In this document: positions 39,845 through 50,169 of the stretch, one piece after another
Position numbering within the stretch: position 1 is the stretch's first letter
Layout of the letters: every line of letters starts with the position of its first letter
Source of the DNA: an uncultured delta proteobacterium
GTDB taxonomy: Bacteria > Desulfobacterota > Binatia > UBA9968
NCBI GenBank assembly: GCA_963727625.1
Contig: CAVSHR010000002.1
Span: 672,001-736,000, forward strand
Direction of reading: 5' to 3'
DNA length: 64,000 nucleotides
Notes under the pieces: model-generated
Database searches by the model: none
What the model was told of the DNA's origin: nothing
What the model saw: only the letters and a program-made list of their open reading frames with translations
Translations under genes and position numbers: made by a program

Positions 39845-41095
39845 GTGAACATGAATGAACAACGCAGGGTTGTCGTGACGGGACTTGGTTTAGTTTCGCC
39901 TCTGGGCACGGGTGTGGAGAAAAACTGGCAGGCCCTATTGGATGGTCGGTCCGGCATCCGCAAGATATCGCGCTTTGCCGCGGACGGCTTTGCCTCGCGC
40001 ATCGCAGGAGAAGTGCCGGACTTCAAGGCCGAGGATTTCATCGAGCCCAAAGAGATCAAGAAGATGGATCTCTTCATTCAATACGCGATGGGTGCGGCGA
40101 GCATGGCGATGGACGACAGCGGCTTGAAGATAGAAGGTGATTTCGCCGAGGCCGTGGGTGTGATCATCGGCGTTGGCTTCTGCGGCATCGAGACGATTGA
40201 AAGCACTAAAGAAGCTTTGCTGAACGGTGGCCCGCGCAAAATTTCGCCATTTTTTATTCCCAAAGTAATCTCAAATTTGGCCCCGGGCCATGTGGCGATC
40301 CGCTATGGCGCCAAGGGCGTCAACTGGACGCCGACCTCCGCGTGCGCTTCGGGTACCCATGCCATCGGCGAAGCGTTTCAATTGATCCGTCGCGGTCTGC
40401 AAGAAGCGGTGATCACCGGCGGCGCGGAGGCTGCGATCACGCCGCTCGGCGTCGGCGGGTTTGCCGCCATGAAGGCGCTGTCGACGCGCAATGACGATCC
40501 CGAACGGGCGAGCCGGCCGTTCGACAAGGAGCGTGACGGGTTTGTCATCGGCGAGGGTTCCGGGATGTTGATCCTGGAAGAGCGCGAGCATGCGCTCCAG
40601 CGAGGCGCAAAAATCTACGCCGAAGTGATAGGCTACGGTGCCAACGGCGATGCCTATCACATGACGGCCCCGGCTCCCGAAGGGGAAGGGGCGGCGCGCT
40701 GTATGCGTTTGGCGCTCAAGGACGCGGGGATTTTGCCGAGCGACGTGGATTACATCAACGCTCATGGCACCTCGACGGAGTACAACGACGCCAATGAAAC
40801 CACGGCGATTAAAGCCATCTTCGGTGAACAAGCGGTGAAAGTGGCGGTGAGCTCGACTAAATCGATGACCGGCCATTTGCTCGGCGCGGCCGGAGCGGTG
40901 GAGGGCGTCTATTCGGCGCTGGCTCTCTACCGTGGGATGATCCCGCCGACAATCAATTACGAAAATCCCGATCCGGTTTGCGATCTCGACTACGTGCCCA
41001 ATCAGGCGCGCAAGGCGGACATTAAAGTCGTGCTGTCAAATTCTTTCGGCTTCGGCGGCACCAACGCCTGCGTTATCTTGCGGAGGGCCGAATGA
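39845..41095 (+). CDS. fabF: 3-oxoacyl-ACP synthase II
   Basis: [34 protein letters not shown] and NSFGFGGTN. Confidence 0.95.
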   Translation: MNMNEQRRVVVTGLGLVSPLGTGVEKNWQALLDGRSGIRKISRFAADGFASRIAGEVPDFKAEDFIEPKEIKKMDLFIQYAMGAASMAMDDSGLKIEGDFAEAVGVIIGVGFCGIETIESTKEALLNGGPRKISPFFIPKVISNLAPGHVAIRYGAKGVNWTPTSACASGTHAIGEAFQLIRRGLQEAVITGGAEAAITPLGVGGFAAMKALSTRNDDPERASRPFDKERDGFVIGEGSGMLILEEREHALQRGAKIYAEVIGYGANGDAYHMTAPAPEGEGAARCMRLALKDAGILPSDVDYINAHGTSTEYNDANETTAIKAIFGEQAVKVAVSSTKSMTGHLLGAAGAVEGVYSALALYRGMIPPTINYENPDPVCDLDYVPNQARKADIKVVLSNSFGFGGTNACVILRRAE

Positions 41096-42084
41096 GCGGC
41101 TCGCAAAGGCGCAGTGTTATCCTTGGCACGGGCTCCGAAGTCCCTGCTAGGATCGTCACCAATCACGAATTGGAAAAGATGGTCGATACCAGCGACGAGT
41201 GGATTACCGTGCGCACCGGGATTAAAGAACGGCGCGTTCTCGAAGAGGGGAGAGGCAATGCCGACATGGCAGTTCAAGCCGCTCGGCGAGCCCTCGACGA
41301 CGCCGGCATGGATGCCAAGGAACTCGACGCCATCATCATGGGAACCGTCAGTGCAGATTATTTAATGCCGAGCTCGGCATGCGTGCTGGAAGACATGCTT
41401 GGCGCACGCAACGCGTTTTCCTTCGATGTCGGCGCGGCGTGCTCGGGATTTATCAACGCAATCTCAGTGGCGGATTGTTATATTCGCTCGGGCAAGATCA
41501 ACAAGGCTCTGGTCGTCGGCTCCGACACTTTGAGCCGTTGGCTCAACTGGCAAGATCGCACCACCTGCATTCTTTTTGGTGACGCCGCCGGCGCAGCGGT
41601 CTTGGGCGCTTCAGAAAACGGCTCCGGGATTCTTAGCACGAAGCTCTGCACCGACGGGTCTTACGTCAAGACTCTCTATGTTCCGGCCGGCGGGTCGCTG
41701 AAACCGGCCACGCTGGAAACGGTTCGGAACAACGAGCACACGATTACCATGAACGGCAAGGAAGTCTTCAAAATCGCAGTGCGCTCTATGGAGGAGGTCA
41801 GCCGCCAAGCCCTGGCTGAAGCCGGCGTCGGCATCGACCAGGTTTCGCTGGTGATTCCCCATCAAGCCAATAAACGGATCATCGTCGCCTTGGCCGAGCG
41901 GCTCGGCGTGCCAATGGAAAAAGTCATGGTGAATCTCGATAAGTACGGCAATACATCCGCTGCGTCGATTCCCGTCGCTCTAGACGAAGCCCGGCGCCAG
42001 GGCCGAATCAACCCCGGCGATATCGTTTTAATGAATGCTTTCGGGGCCGGATTTGCCTGGGGTGGCGCGGTAGTCAAATTCTAG
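41092..42084 (+). CDS. fabH: 3-oxoacyl-ACP synthase III
   Basis: DTSDEWI..RTGI, AACSGF, PHQAN and GNTSAASIP. Confidence 0.95.
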   Translation: MSGSQRRSVILGTGSEVPARIVTNHELEKMVDTSDEWITVRTGIKERRVLEEGRGNADMAVQAARRALDDAGMDAKELDAIIMGTVSADYLMPSSACVLEDMLGARNAFSFDVGAACSGFINAISVADCYIRSGKINKALVVGSDTLSRWLNWQDRTTCILFGDAAGAAVLGASENGSGILSTKLCTDGSYVKTLYVPAGGSLKPATLETVRNNEHTITMNGKEVFKIAVRSMEEVSRQALAEAGVGIDQVSLVIPHQANKRIIVALAERLGVPMEKVMVNLDKYGNTSAASIPVALDEARRQGRINPGDIVLMNAFGAGFAWGGAVVKF

Positions 42085-42110
42085 CGGCTTTTCCACCCGT
42101 TGATCGTCTT

Positions 42111-43451
42111 TCACGTAGTTTTCTCCGCGGTCTCGGCGCGCAGCGCCTCCAGCTTGCCGCTGATCTCGACCGGGAAACGGCTCGGCTCTCTGATCGCGCG
42201 CACGGCTTCGGGAAGCGCGGCCCAATCGGAGGCGAAAACCGCGCGCAGTTCCGCCAATGAGGGATCGATCGAAATTTTTCTACCGTCGCGCATCACTTCC
42301 TTCAACAAGCGCTCGCCGGCGACTTCCTCGTCGCGTAGACCGATGATATCGAGACTGAATTTTCCCTCGTCGTCGCGCCGGCGAAACACCTGCTTTTTGC
42401 CTGGGCAAGATGCCTTGCCCGGGCTGAGCTTTAGCACCGGCCGGGATTGATACTCGACGAGCTTGTAGGCGACATCCGCCCAGGGAGCATCGGCCGAAGT
42501 GCCCATCTTGGTGCCGACGCCGTAACTATCGCAGGGTACGTTCGCCGCATTTAGTTCGGCGAGCGCAAATTCGTCGAGACCGCCGCTGCCGATGATCTTC
42601 ACTGCTTTGAGATCCGCCCCATCAAGAATTCGACGAACATCGACGGCTGCAGTTGCCAAATCCCCGCTGTCTATACGCACGCCGATTAATTTTTGCCCGC
42701 GGCCAGCCATTTCCTTGGCTACTTGTACGGCGTTGCGTGCGCCGGCAAGGGTGTCGTAGGTATCGATCAAGAGGATCGCGTTATTCGGAAAGCTTGCGAT
42801 GTAAGCGCGAAAGGCGTCGATCTCACTGTTAAAGCTCGATACGAAGGAATGGGCCATGGTGCCGACCAGCGGGATGCCGTAGCGCTGGCCGGCCATAACG
42901 TTGCTGGTTCCAGCGAAGCCGGTAAGATAGCTGGCGCGGGCGACCTTCATGCCGGCGTCGCTGCCGTGGGTGCGGCGTAGCGCGAAGTCGACCACCGGCC
43001 GCCCGCCCGCGCCATTCACGCAGCGGGCGGCCTTGCTGGCAATCAACGTCTGAAGATGAATCTGGTTGATAATAAAGGTCTCGGCGATCTGCGCTTGGAT
43101 CATCGGCCCGGTCAGTTCAAGCACGGGCTCGTTGGTAAAAAAAATCCGTCCTTCGGGCATCGCCCAGACTTGTCCGGTGAAGCGCAGATTTGAAAGGTAG
43201 TCCAAGAAATCGTCGGAAAAGATTTTTTGTCCGGCGAGAAACGCGATTGCCGCGGGCTCGAAGGCGAAGTTTTCGAGGGAGTCCAGGACATCCTGCAGTC
43301 CAGCAGCGACAAAATAGCCGCGGTTGGGCGGATAGGAACGGATGAACAGGCTGAAAGTCGCACTGCCGATGTGCCGTTCGCGAAAGTACGCTTGAGCCAT
43401 GGTCAACTGGTAAAGATCGGTGAGGAGCGTATAATTTGGGCCGCTGGCCAT
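42111..43451 (-). CDS. pncB: Nicotinate phosphoribosyltransferase
   Basis: LLTDLYQLTM, GTSNV, GTMAHS, LIDTYD and VRIDSGD. Confidence 0.93.
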   Translation of the reverse strand: MASGPNYTLLTDLYQLTMAQAYFRERHIGSATFSLFIRSYPPNRGYFVAAGLQDVLDSLENFAFEPAAIAFLAGQKIFSDDFLDYLSNLRFTGQVWAMPEGRIFFTNEPVLELTGPMIQAQIAETFIINQIHLQTLIASKAARCVNGAGGRPVVDFALRRTHGSDAGMKVARASYLTGFAGTSNVMAGQRYGIPLVGTMAHSFVSSFNSEIDAFRAYIASFPNNAILLIDTYDTLAGARNAVQVAKEMAGRGQKLIGVRIDSGDLATAAVDVRRILDGADLKAVKIIGSGGLDEFALAELNAANVPCDSYGVGTKMGTSADAPWADVAYKLVEYQSRPVLKLSPGKASCPGKKQVFRRRDDEGKFSLDIIGLRDEEVAGERLLKEVMRDGRKISIDPSLAELRAVFASDWAALPEAVRAIREPSRFPVEISGKLEALRAETAEKTT

Positions 43452-43599
43452 CGAATGGTTCTCTCCGGGTTTGCGCCAGTCTAGTGAAAAGGGACTTTCG
43501 AGTAAAGCATTCGAGTGGGCGCTTCTGTATTGATTTTCCCGACCTGTTTTGTTAAGAATTTATTAGTTGCGTCGCTTAATTAGCGTCAAGGAGGGATTG

Positions 43600-44322
43600 A
43601 TGTTTACCGACAAGATTGAATTGAAGGATTTCGAAAAGCAAGATCCGGAATATCAGGATTTAATGCGCCGGGTGCTGGCCATCCAAGCCGATTGTGAGAT
43701 CGGTGGTCCTAATCTATACGTCAAACATATCCTTCCGAGCGCGCCGACCAAGCTGGATCAGCTCATCGTCGCACGGACGGCCGCCGAGGAAATGGATCAT
43801 TTCCGGAAGATGGCGCGTTTGGCCGGTGATATCGGCGTCGATGTCTCGTACACACTCAGCCGACCGAATCAGGAACGCTATGTAGAAGCATTTCGCGGTG
43901 AAATTAAGACCTGGGAAGACTACGCGGTATTCGGTTTTCTGATCGATCGTGTGGGTCGCTTCCAGCTTGAAGAATTTATCGACTGTACTTATCTGCCGCT
44001 TGCCCGCGTGGTCGAAGATCCGGACATCATCCGCGAAGAAGAAGGCCATGTTGATTTCGGCACCAACGCCGCGGCCGAATTTGCCGCGAAGGGTGGAGAG
44101 TCGAAGGAACGCGTCCAAAAAGCGGTGGATTACTGGTACGTCAAAGGCCTCGACATGTTCGGTAACTCGAAGTCGTACCGTTCCGAGCGTTACATGTTTT
44201 GGGGGTTGAAGCGCCGGCCCAACGCCTTGGCGCGCCAGCAATACAAGGACGAAATCGACGAACTCATTTTGAAAATGGGACTTACACTCCCCGATCCGAA
44301 TAAAGGCCGGCTTTACACATAA
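43600..44322 (+). CDS. PaaA/PaaC-like ferritin-fold diiron protein
   Basis: QADCE, EEMDH, LIDRVG, EEEGHVDFG and GLDMFG; AAGGAGG RBS. Confidence 0.8.
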   Translation: MFTDKIELKDFEKQDPEYQDLMRRVLAIQADCEIGGPNLYVKHILPSAPTKLDQLIVARTAAEEMDHFRKMARLAGDIGVDVSYTLSRPNQERYVEAFRGEIKTWEDYAVFGFLIDRVGRFQLEEFIDCTYLPLARVVEDPDIIREEEGHVDFGTNAAAEFAAKGGESKERVQKAVDYWYVKGLDMFGNSKSYRSERYMFWGLKRRPNALARQQYKDEIDELILKMGLTLPDPNKGRLYT

Positions 44323-44336
44323 GCGAGAGAGACACT

Positions 44337-44528
44337 ATGCAAGCAGCACCCGATACCGAGGCTTTAGATCAGCAGTTTCAAGAATTTATTCAGGCCCTGA
44401 AGAAGGCGGTAGGCACCGGCATTCCGCATCTAAAGGACGACCCGAAAATCGTCGACCAGTCGATTATCGACTGTAAAGAAATTTTGGACGTCGTTATGGA
44501 AGGCAACGTGAAAGAGTGGCTGTCCTAA
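44337..44528 (+). CDS. Small hypothetical protein (63 aa)
   Basis: ATG 14 nt after the previous stop; helical acidic sequence. Confidence 0.6.
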   Translation: MQAAPDTEALDQQFQEFIQALKKAVGTGIPHLKDDPKIVDQSIIDCKEILDVVMEGNVKEWLS

Positions 44529-44644
44529 ACCGCTTTTTATTCAGTCGGCATCTCTTAAGACCGTCGTTTGGTCGAGGCGCCTGGAAATTCTAGGCGCCTT
44601 TGTTTATCAGCGGCCCGTGAGCCTAGAGTCGGGGGAGTAAAATA

Positions 44645-45424
44645 TTGAACGTCGTCGTCTGCGGCAAGGTCATTCCCGCTAGTTCGGTTACCATCGAAAT
44701 TGATTCGAACACGAAGCGGATTATACGCAAGGGTGTTACCCACGAGCTCGACCCAGCCGCCGCGAGCGCGGTTGAAGAAGGACTCCTGCTTACGGAAAAA
44801 CACGGCGGCACGGTGACGCTCATTACCATGGGCATCAGCGATGCGACGATCGGCATTCGTAACGCGCTGGCGATGGGCGCGACTTCTGCGGTGCATATTT
44901 TAGACGACGCGCTCGCCGGCTCCGACACTCTTGCCACGGCAAAAGTACTTGCCGCCGCCATCAAGAAACAAGAATTCGATCTCGTAATCTGCGCCACCGA
45001 AAGCAGCGACAGCTACTCAGGCATTGTTCCGGGGCAGATCGCTTACTTTCTCGGCGTACCGCCGATGACCTTCGCTAAAGAAATTTCGGTCGACGGTGAC
45101 AAGATCATGATCAAGCGCCAGAGCGAGAGCGGCTACGACGTCGTCGAATCGACGTTGCCGGCGCTGGTCGCGTGCAGCAGCGGTATCAACGAACCGCGCT
45201 ATCCGCAGCTCAAGGGCATCATGGCGGCGAAGAAAAAAGAGATCAAAGTTTATACCGCAGCCGATCTCGGCTTCTCGCCGGATCAGGTCGGGGAAAAGGG
45301 CGCGCGGGAAAAAGTACTCACGGTCGGGCGGCCGCCAAAGCGCCAAGCCGGCCAAGCGGTGACTGATGAAGGCGAAGGCGGCAAGCAGATCGCGGATTTT
45401 CTTGCTGAAATCAAGGTGATCTAA
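44645..45424 (+). CDS. etfB: Electron transfer flavoprotein beta subunit
   Basis: ALAMGA, GSDTLATA and INEPRYPQLKGIMAAKKK. Confidence 0.93.
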   Translation: MNVVVCGKVIPASSVTIEIDSNTKRIIRKGVTHELDPAAASAVEEGLLLTEKHGGTVTLITMGISDATIGIRNALAMGATSAVHILDDALAGSDTLATAKVLAAAIKKQEFDLVICATESSDSYSGIVPGQIAYFLGVPPMTFAKEISVDGDKIMIKRQSESGYDVVESTLPALVACSSGINEPRYPQLKGIMAAKKKEIKVYTAADLGFSPDQVGEKGAREKVLTVGRPPKRQAGQAVTDEGEGGKQIADFLAEIKVI

Positions 45425-46393
45425 GTGGCGGACACAATCTGGGTATACGCGGAAATCATCGATGACAAGATAACCACGACTTCCTTGGAGATGCTCGCCA
45501 AGGCGTCCGAGATCGGCAACGCGGAAGCGATCCTGCTCGGGCCGGCACCCGAAGACGCGGTACAAACGCTAGCCAAACATGGCGCGAGCAAAGTCTATCA
45601 TTGCGCGGATGCGGTGTATCGCGATTGCCTTACGCTGCCCGCCGCCGAAACCGTCGCGGGTTTGCTGCAAAAAACTAATCCAGCCGTGATGCTGTTCGCT
45701 TCCAGTTACACCGGCCGCGACATCGTCGCGAATTTGTGCGCGCGGCTCGATTGCGGCGCGATCACCGATGTCGGCGACTTCGAGCTCAAAGATGGCAGCG
45801 TCGAAGCGACGATTCCAGCGCTGGGTGCGAGCTATCAGAACACCAGCACATTAGCAAACCAAGGCACCAAGCTTTTAGTCGTGCGCCCGAAGTCCTTCGA
45901 GCCGAAGGTCAACGAAAAGCCGCTCAGCGTAGAAGAGGTTCTCCCTGCGTCGGACGAAAGCCTGCGCAAAGTGCACGTGAAAGATCGAGTCGCGATTAAG
46001 CGCGAAGGGCCGTTGCTCGAAGGCGCAAAAATTGTCGTCTCCGGCGGGCGCGGGCTCAAAGGCGAAGAGAATTTTGCCATGCTCAAAGAGCTTGCCGATG
46101 TTATCAGCGGCGCCGTCGGCGCCAGCCGCGCCGCAGTGGACGCCGGCTGGGTGCCCTACGCCATGCAGATCGGCCAGACCGGCAAGACCGTGAAGCCGGA
46201 CGTTTACTTCGCCGTCGGCATTTCCGGTGCGGTGCAGCATCTCTCCGGCATGAAGACCTCCAAATACATCATCACCATCAATAAAGATCCCGAAGCGCCG
46301 ATCTTCCAATACTCGGACTTCGGCGTCGTCGGCGACCTCTTCAAAGTCGTGCCGCAATTGATCGAAGAGCTTAAAAAGCGCAAGGGCGCCTAG
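45425..46393 (+). CDS. etfA: Electron transfer flavoprotein alpha subunit
   Basis: [31 protein letters not shown] and [10 protein letters not shown]. Confidence 0.95.
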   Translation: MADTIWVYAEIIDDKITTTSLEMLAKASEIGNAEAILLGPAPEDAVQTLAKHGASKVYHCADAVYRDCLTLPAAETVAGLLQKTNPAVMLFASSYTGRDIVANLCARLDCGAITDVGDFELKDGSVEATIPALGASYQNTSTLANQGTKLLVVRPKSFEPKVNEKPLSVEEVLPASDESLRKVHVKDRVAIKREGPLLEGAKIVVSGGRGLKGEENFAMLKELADVISGAVGASRAAVDAGWVPYAMQIGQTGKTVKPDVYFAVGISGAVQHLSGMKTSKYIITINKDPEAPIFQYSDFGVVGDLFKVVPQLIEELKKRKGA

Positions 46394-46433
46394 AATTCGT
46401 TTCTCGCGATGAAGAACGCGAAGGTCACGAAGT

Positions 46434-46463
46434 AGGGGCGGGTCTTAGACCCGCCCCTTTTTT
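46434..46463 (+). terminator. Intrinsic terminator / REP-like palindrome after etfA
   Basis: AGGGGCGGGTC-TTA-GACCCGCCCCT followed by a T run. Confidence 0.8.
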
Positions 46464-46529
46464 CGTGCCGTGAATTAAGGAAGTTGCCTATGCTTCTGTG
46501 ACTGAAGAAAAGCCGGCGAGCGGTGTTTG

Positions 46530-46769
46530 TCAGCCGAGCCTATTGTCAATGCATTGGTGCGCGAATTGACGCATATGCTCTTCAGCCTGTAATGACGTCA
46601 TGAAGGTGCGATTGGTGAACATGGCATGGAGGCCCGCGTCAAAATCGATATGAGCTTTCCAAGCCCATGAGTTTGTCCACGGGTCTAAACTAATTACGCC
46701 AATGTAGGCCTGATTACGGTAAGACTCTTTGATGCGGTGTTTTTTACATTCTCGGGCGGGGGAGCGCAT
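46530..46769 (-). CDS. Small hypothetical protein
   Basis: YRNQAYIGVI..W.WKAHIDF...FMTSLQAEEHMRQFAHQCID; start uncertain. Confidence 0.5.
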   Translation of the reverse strand: MRSPARECKKHRIKESYRNQAYIGVISLDPWTNSWAWKAHIDFDAGLHAMFTNRTFMTSLQAEEHMRQFAHQCIDNRLG

Positions 46770-47111
46770 GTTAATAATGTAATCACTGAGTGGCTCGAAA
46801 GCAAGATCAAGGGTCGGCGGAAGAGGAAAAACCCCTTTGTTCATCGATTGCCCCCTGGCACCGAACCGATCCTAACCGAATCGTAAATTGACCGGCGAGC
46901 GGGTATGGCTCGGTCATTCGCCGCAGAGACTGACTCGGGCGGGCGCGGCTTTTGTTTCCCGTTTCCTGCCTCAAACCTGCCGCCCATCATGATTCGTCTT
47001 GCCATTGTTTCTGCACCTGAACAGGTATACCCTTCAATTTCCACGAACAGCCGTCCGAGCTTAACCACCGGGGCCGCAGGACCGAAAGCCCGAACAAAGG
47101 GAGATTCCGCG

Positions 47112-47432
47112 ATGGCCGTCCTGCGTTACAGCGGTTATTACATTTCCGTTTTTCTAACTCCTGATAAGTCTGGCCATTCGTCGTGCATCCCTTTCGTGGA
47201 AATCCGCCACAAAGGGGACCCTGGCCCGCTGGTTAGGCTAATGCTCAAGGAGGCATTCGAAACCGCAGTAGACGCGAATGCTCACGGGCTGAAAATGGGC
47301 AAGAATTGGGTCGACGAAGAGATCGCTAAAAACAAACTTATGCTACTTGGCAGAGCGATGACGAAAGTCACGAGCAAATTAAAGCCCGACTCTTTCAGTT
47401 TCAAAACTTGGCTCACGTCTTTATTCTTATAA
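47112..47432 (+). CDS. Small hypothetical protein
   Basis: AAGGGAG RBS; YSGYYISVF...FETAVDANAHGLKMGKNWVD. Confidence 0.6.
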   Translation: MAVLRYSGYYISVFLTPDKSGHSSCIPFVEIRHKGDPGPLVRLMLKEAFETAVDANAHGLKMGKNWVDEEIAKNKLMLLGRAMTKVTSKLKPDSFSFKTWLTSLFL

Positions 47433-47651
47433 TTAACCGGCCTTGCGCCTCAACGCGTTCGTTAACTCGGATACGCGCTTGATGAGGACCCGAGCGAGTA
47501 ACCATTTAAATGTTTGTTCAGATGAAGAGCCCTATTCCTCTCTGCGGAGCCCAGGTGACTGCTTCGGCATCCGGCGACTTGAAGACGGTGACGGTACGTC
47601 CCGCGACCAAATCGATCGTTCTCTGGATTTGTTAATGCGCTCGACGGCAAG

Positions 47652-47918
47652 ATGCAGCGGATGACGCGAAAATTTCTACCGGAGGTGCGCGAACCTATCG
47701 CGATCATTGAACCCGCTTCGGAGGAATTGACACAGCCAAAAGATGAGCCGGCTCCCGTATCGAGGGGCAGCGAAGTTTGCTGCGACTGTCGTCACCGCCA
47801 TTGTCAGGATTGTGAAGAAAGCTCCGCGGCAAAACAATATTCGGACTTCTGGATCTGCCATCTTTGCCGGGAATTGAATCGGCGTGTGTCTCACTTGGAC
47901 CTAAAGGGGGATGCCTGA
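47652..47918 (+). CDS. Small Cys/His-rich putative zinc-binding protein
   Basis: CCDCRHRHCQDC...WICHLC. Confidence 0.45.
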   Translation: MQRMTRKFLPEVREPIAIIEPASEELTQPKDEPAPVSRGSEVCCDCRHRHCQDCEESSAAKQYSDFWICHLCRELNRRVSHLDLKGDA

Positions 47919-47978
47919 TGATTTCAAAAAAGATTAAGCTCGGTTTATGGAGCGTCGTTGTCGGCGTGTCATGATCGT

Positions 47979-48755
47979 TTAGCTAGGAAAAGAACTCTCG
48001 CCGACCGCGGTGGGATGGCGGGTTGCGCCATCGACGGTTTCTCCCTGCACGACGTAGGCCATGTAGATGCAGTCGGCCATGGCTCGCCGCATGTTGTTTT
48101 TCATCAGCTGGGCGTTGATGCAGGCTTCCTGCAACTCTTTGGTATCGGCGTATTTTTTTAGAATTTCCTTGCGGATTACGCCATGCTCGACGTCGACGTC
48201 GGCGTGGAGTTTGTAAAACGTCAGGGCGTCGTCGGGGACCCAGTTATAGTGCTTGCGAAAGGTGGCAAGGTCGCGCGACATCGCCTTCGCGGTGTCGTCG
48301 CCCTCGGAGACCGCGACGCCAAGCAGCCAGGACGTCTTGAACGCCGCGTTGGCAAAGCTATCGACGGCAAATTTAACGCCGAAGAGCGGCTCGGAGTTCT
48401 TCACGAACTCACGATCCAGCCCCAGGCCGACGCAGACGTCGAGCCAATATTCCGGGTGAGGTTTATGGGAGCCGCCGATCAGGTCTTCGCCTTCTTCCTC
48501 GATGGCTTTCGGCAGCCACATGCGGCGCACGTCGGTGTACGGGCAATTATACAGTATCGAGTATTCTTTGATCGGCACCTGCTTGGTGAAGTAGTAGCGG
48601 TCCTTGGCCCAACCCTGGAGCTGCTCCTTGGTGCACTTTCCTTCGCGAAAGATCGCCTCCCATGGATGCGGCGGGCGCTGATGGTCCTGGCGGTTCGCTT
48701 CGAAGAAAGTCTGAATGAATTCATCGGGCGCGAGCTTGCGGTCGAGCTTGAACAT
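47979..48755 (-). CDS. Heme-oxygenase-like diiron enzyme (PqqC/TenA/CADD-like)
   Basis: HPW...EQLQGWA..RYYF, IEEEG...HPEYW and FYKLHADVDVEH. Confidence 0.82.
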   Translation of the reverse strand: MFKLDRKLAPDEFIQTFFEANRQDHQRPPHPWEAIFREGKCTKEQLQGWAKDRYYFTKQVPIKEYSILYNCPYTDVRRMWLPKAIEEEGEDLIGGSHKPHPEYWLDVCVGLGLDREFVKNSEPLFGVKFAVDSFANAAFKTSWLLGVAVSEGDDTAKAMSRDLATFRKHYNWVPDDALTFYKLHADVDVEHGVIRKEILKKYADTKELQEACINAQLMKNNMRRAMADCIYMAYVVQGETVDGATRHPTAVGESSFPS

Positions 48756-48791
48756 GTTCTTCCCTCACTATATGACCATTGGGCTGTTCAT

Positions 48792-48865
48792 CCTTCGACG
48801 GGCTCAAACGACCGGAAGAGAAACGGATTTCATTAGTCTTTCGGTCCCCCTGAACGGGTCGAAGC
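48792..48865. repeat. REP-like long imperfect palindrome
   Basis: CTTCGACGGGCTCA...GACCGGAAGA ... TCTTTCGGTC...TGAACGGGTCGAAG. Confidence 0.55.
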
Positions 48866-48877
48866 ATGAAACCCTCA

Positions 48878-49894
48878 TCAGTTCGCCTTGGAGTCCTCAC
48901 GGTAATGGCCGATGGCATCCATCAGCGGCTTGTCGGACATGAGGAAGAAAATCGCGGGATCTTTGGACGTGTTTTCGTGGTGATGAAAATTCCACAGCGG
49001 CACAACGAAGGAGTCGCCCTGTTCCCATTCATAGCGTTTGTCGCCGACGTAGCTCACGCCGCTGCCGCGCCAGACATGATAGATCGTCGAACTGGTGTGC
49101 CGGTGGCTCTTGGTTTTCTCGCCCGCGCGCAGCATGTGAATTTGACAGGCCATGGTCGGCAGCGTAGGCCCACCGGTCAGAGGGTTGGCGTAATCGAGCA
49201 CGATGCCGTCGTAGGGATCACCGGGCTGCTCGCCGACTTTATTCAGAGCATTTTCTGTATCGGCCCACTTGTAGCAGAAGGCCGGCGGCTGAACCGAATT
49301 CGGTTTCATCCACGCCGGACGGAGCGCGCCGACGGTGGCCAATGTGTAGCCTTCCGGCTTCGTCACCGACTGTTTCTTGCGCGGGTCGGGTTCGTGAAAA
49401 TCGGTTTCGAGCAAGCGCACCAACGGCGCGTCCAGGCCGTCGAGCCACATCATGGTCTCGCCATGGTTTTCATGATCGTGCCAGGTCCAGCTCGGCGTGG
49501 TGACGAAGTCGCCTTCGCCAATCTCAAACGACTCGCCCTCGACGATCAGCCGGGTGCCGCGGCCTTTCAAAATAAACCGGATCGCGCCCGCCATATGGCG
49601 ATGGGACAGCGCGCTTTCGCCGGGCTTGAGCATTTGCAAATTCAATACCAGCGTGCGCGAGGTGCTATTCTTGAGCGACGGGTTCCACAGTTGGATCACC
49701 CGGCGAAATGAAACGTCCAATCCCACCACGTCGCCGGCTTTCTCCATCGCGGCGAAAAGATCTTTGCCCTTCCACAGGCAGGGCTCGAACGACGCCACGG
49801 GCTCGCGCTTCACATCGCCCTGGACGTTTTGCCAGTAGCCTTTAAAATATTTGCTCTGCAGTTCTTCTTCGAAAGCTTTCAATGCTTCGGACAT
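48878..49894 (-). CDS. Gentisate 1,2-dioxygenase-like bicupin
   Basis: SHRHMAGAIRF, TPSWTWHDH, WLDGLDAP, YANPLTG, SHRHTSS and VPLWNFHHH. Confidence 0.88.
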   Translation of the reverse strand: MSEALKAFEEELQSKYFKGYWQNVQGDVKREPVASFEPCLWKGKDLFAAMEKAGDVVGLDVSFRRVIQLWNPSLKNSTSRTLVLNLQMLKPGESALSHRHMAGAIRFILKGRGTRLIVEGESFEIGEGDFVTTPSWTWHDHENHGETMMWLDGLDAPLVRLLETDFHEPDPRKKQSVTKPEGYTLATVGALRPAWMKPNSVQPPAFCYKWADTENALNKVGEQPGDPYDGIVLDYANPLTGGPTLPTMACQIHMLRAGEKTKSHRHTSSTIYHVWRGSGVSYVGDKRYEWEQGDSFVVPLWNFHHHENTSKDPAIFFLMSDKPLMDAIGHYREDSKAN

Positions 49895-49972
49895 GGTCTA
49901 CCTCCGCGCCCAATTTGAGTCTTATCTAGCCCAATTCGGGCCGGCGTTGCAAGGCGAAGGAGAGCGAATGAA

Positions 49973-50012
49973 TGGAGTGATGCAGTATTGCAGTATTGGA
50001 TTACTGGAGTTT
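49973..50012. repeat. 8-nt TGGAGTAT-like tandem array
   Basis: TGGAGTGA TGCAGTAT TGCAGTAT TGGATTAC TGGAGT; same family as 10112-10186. Confidence 0.7.
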
Positions 50013-50169
50013 TAGAAATAATTTAGAGACGGCATCCAAGCCGTTAAAGCAGCGACAAGACGGCAAGCGTCATTTCATCGCAGAGACTCAGAGTCCGCGG
50101 ATGTTTCCCGACAAGATCCTTTTCTCGTCGTCTCGGCGGTGAATTATAGAGGTGTCTGGACGGGGATTT

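Noticed and set aside
47050-47100. ZTP-riboswitch-like AACCACCGGGG segment
   Set aside because: The other conserved parts (GACTGGCG, GCCTGGGC) are absent and the downstream gene is unrelated to purine or folate metabolism.
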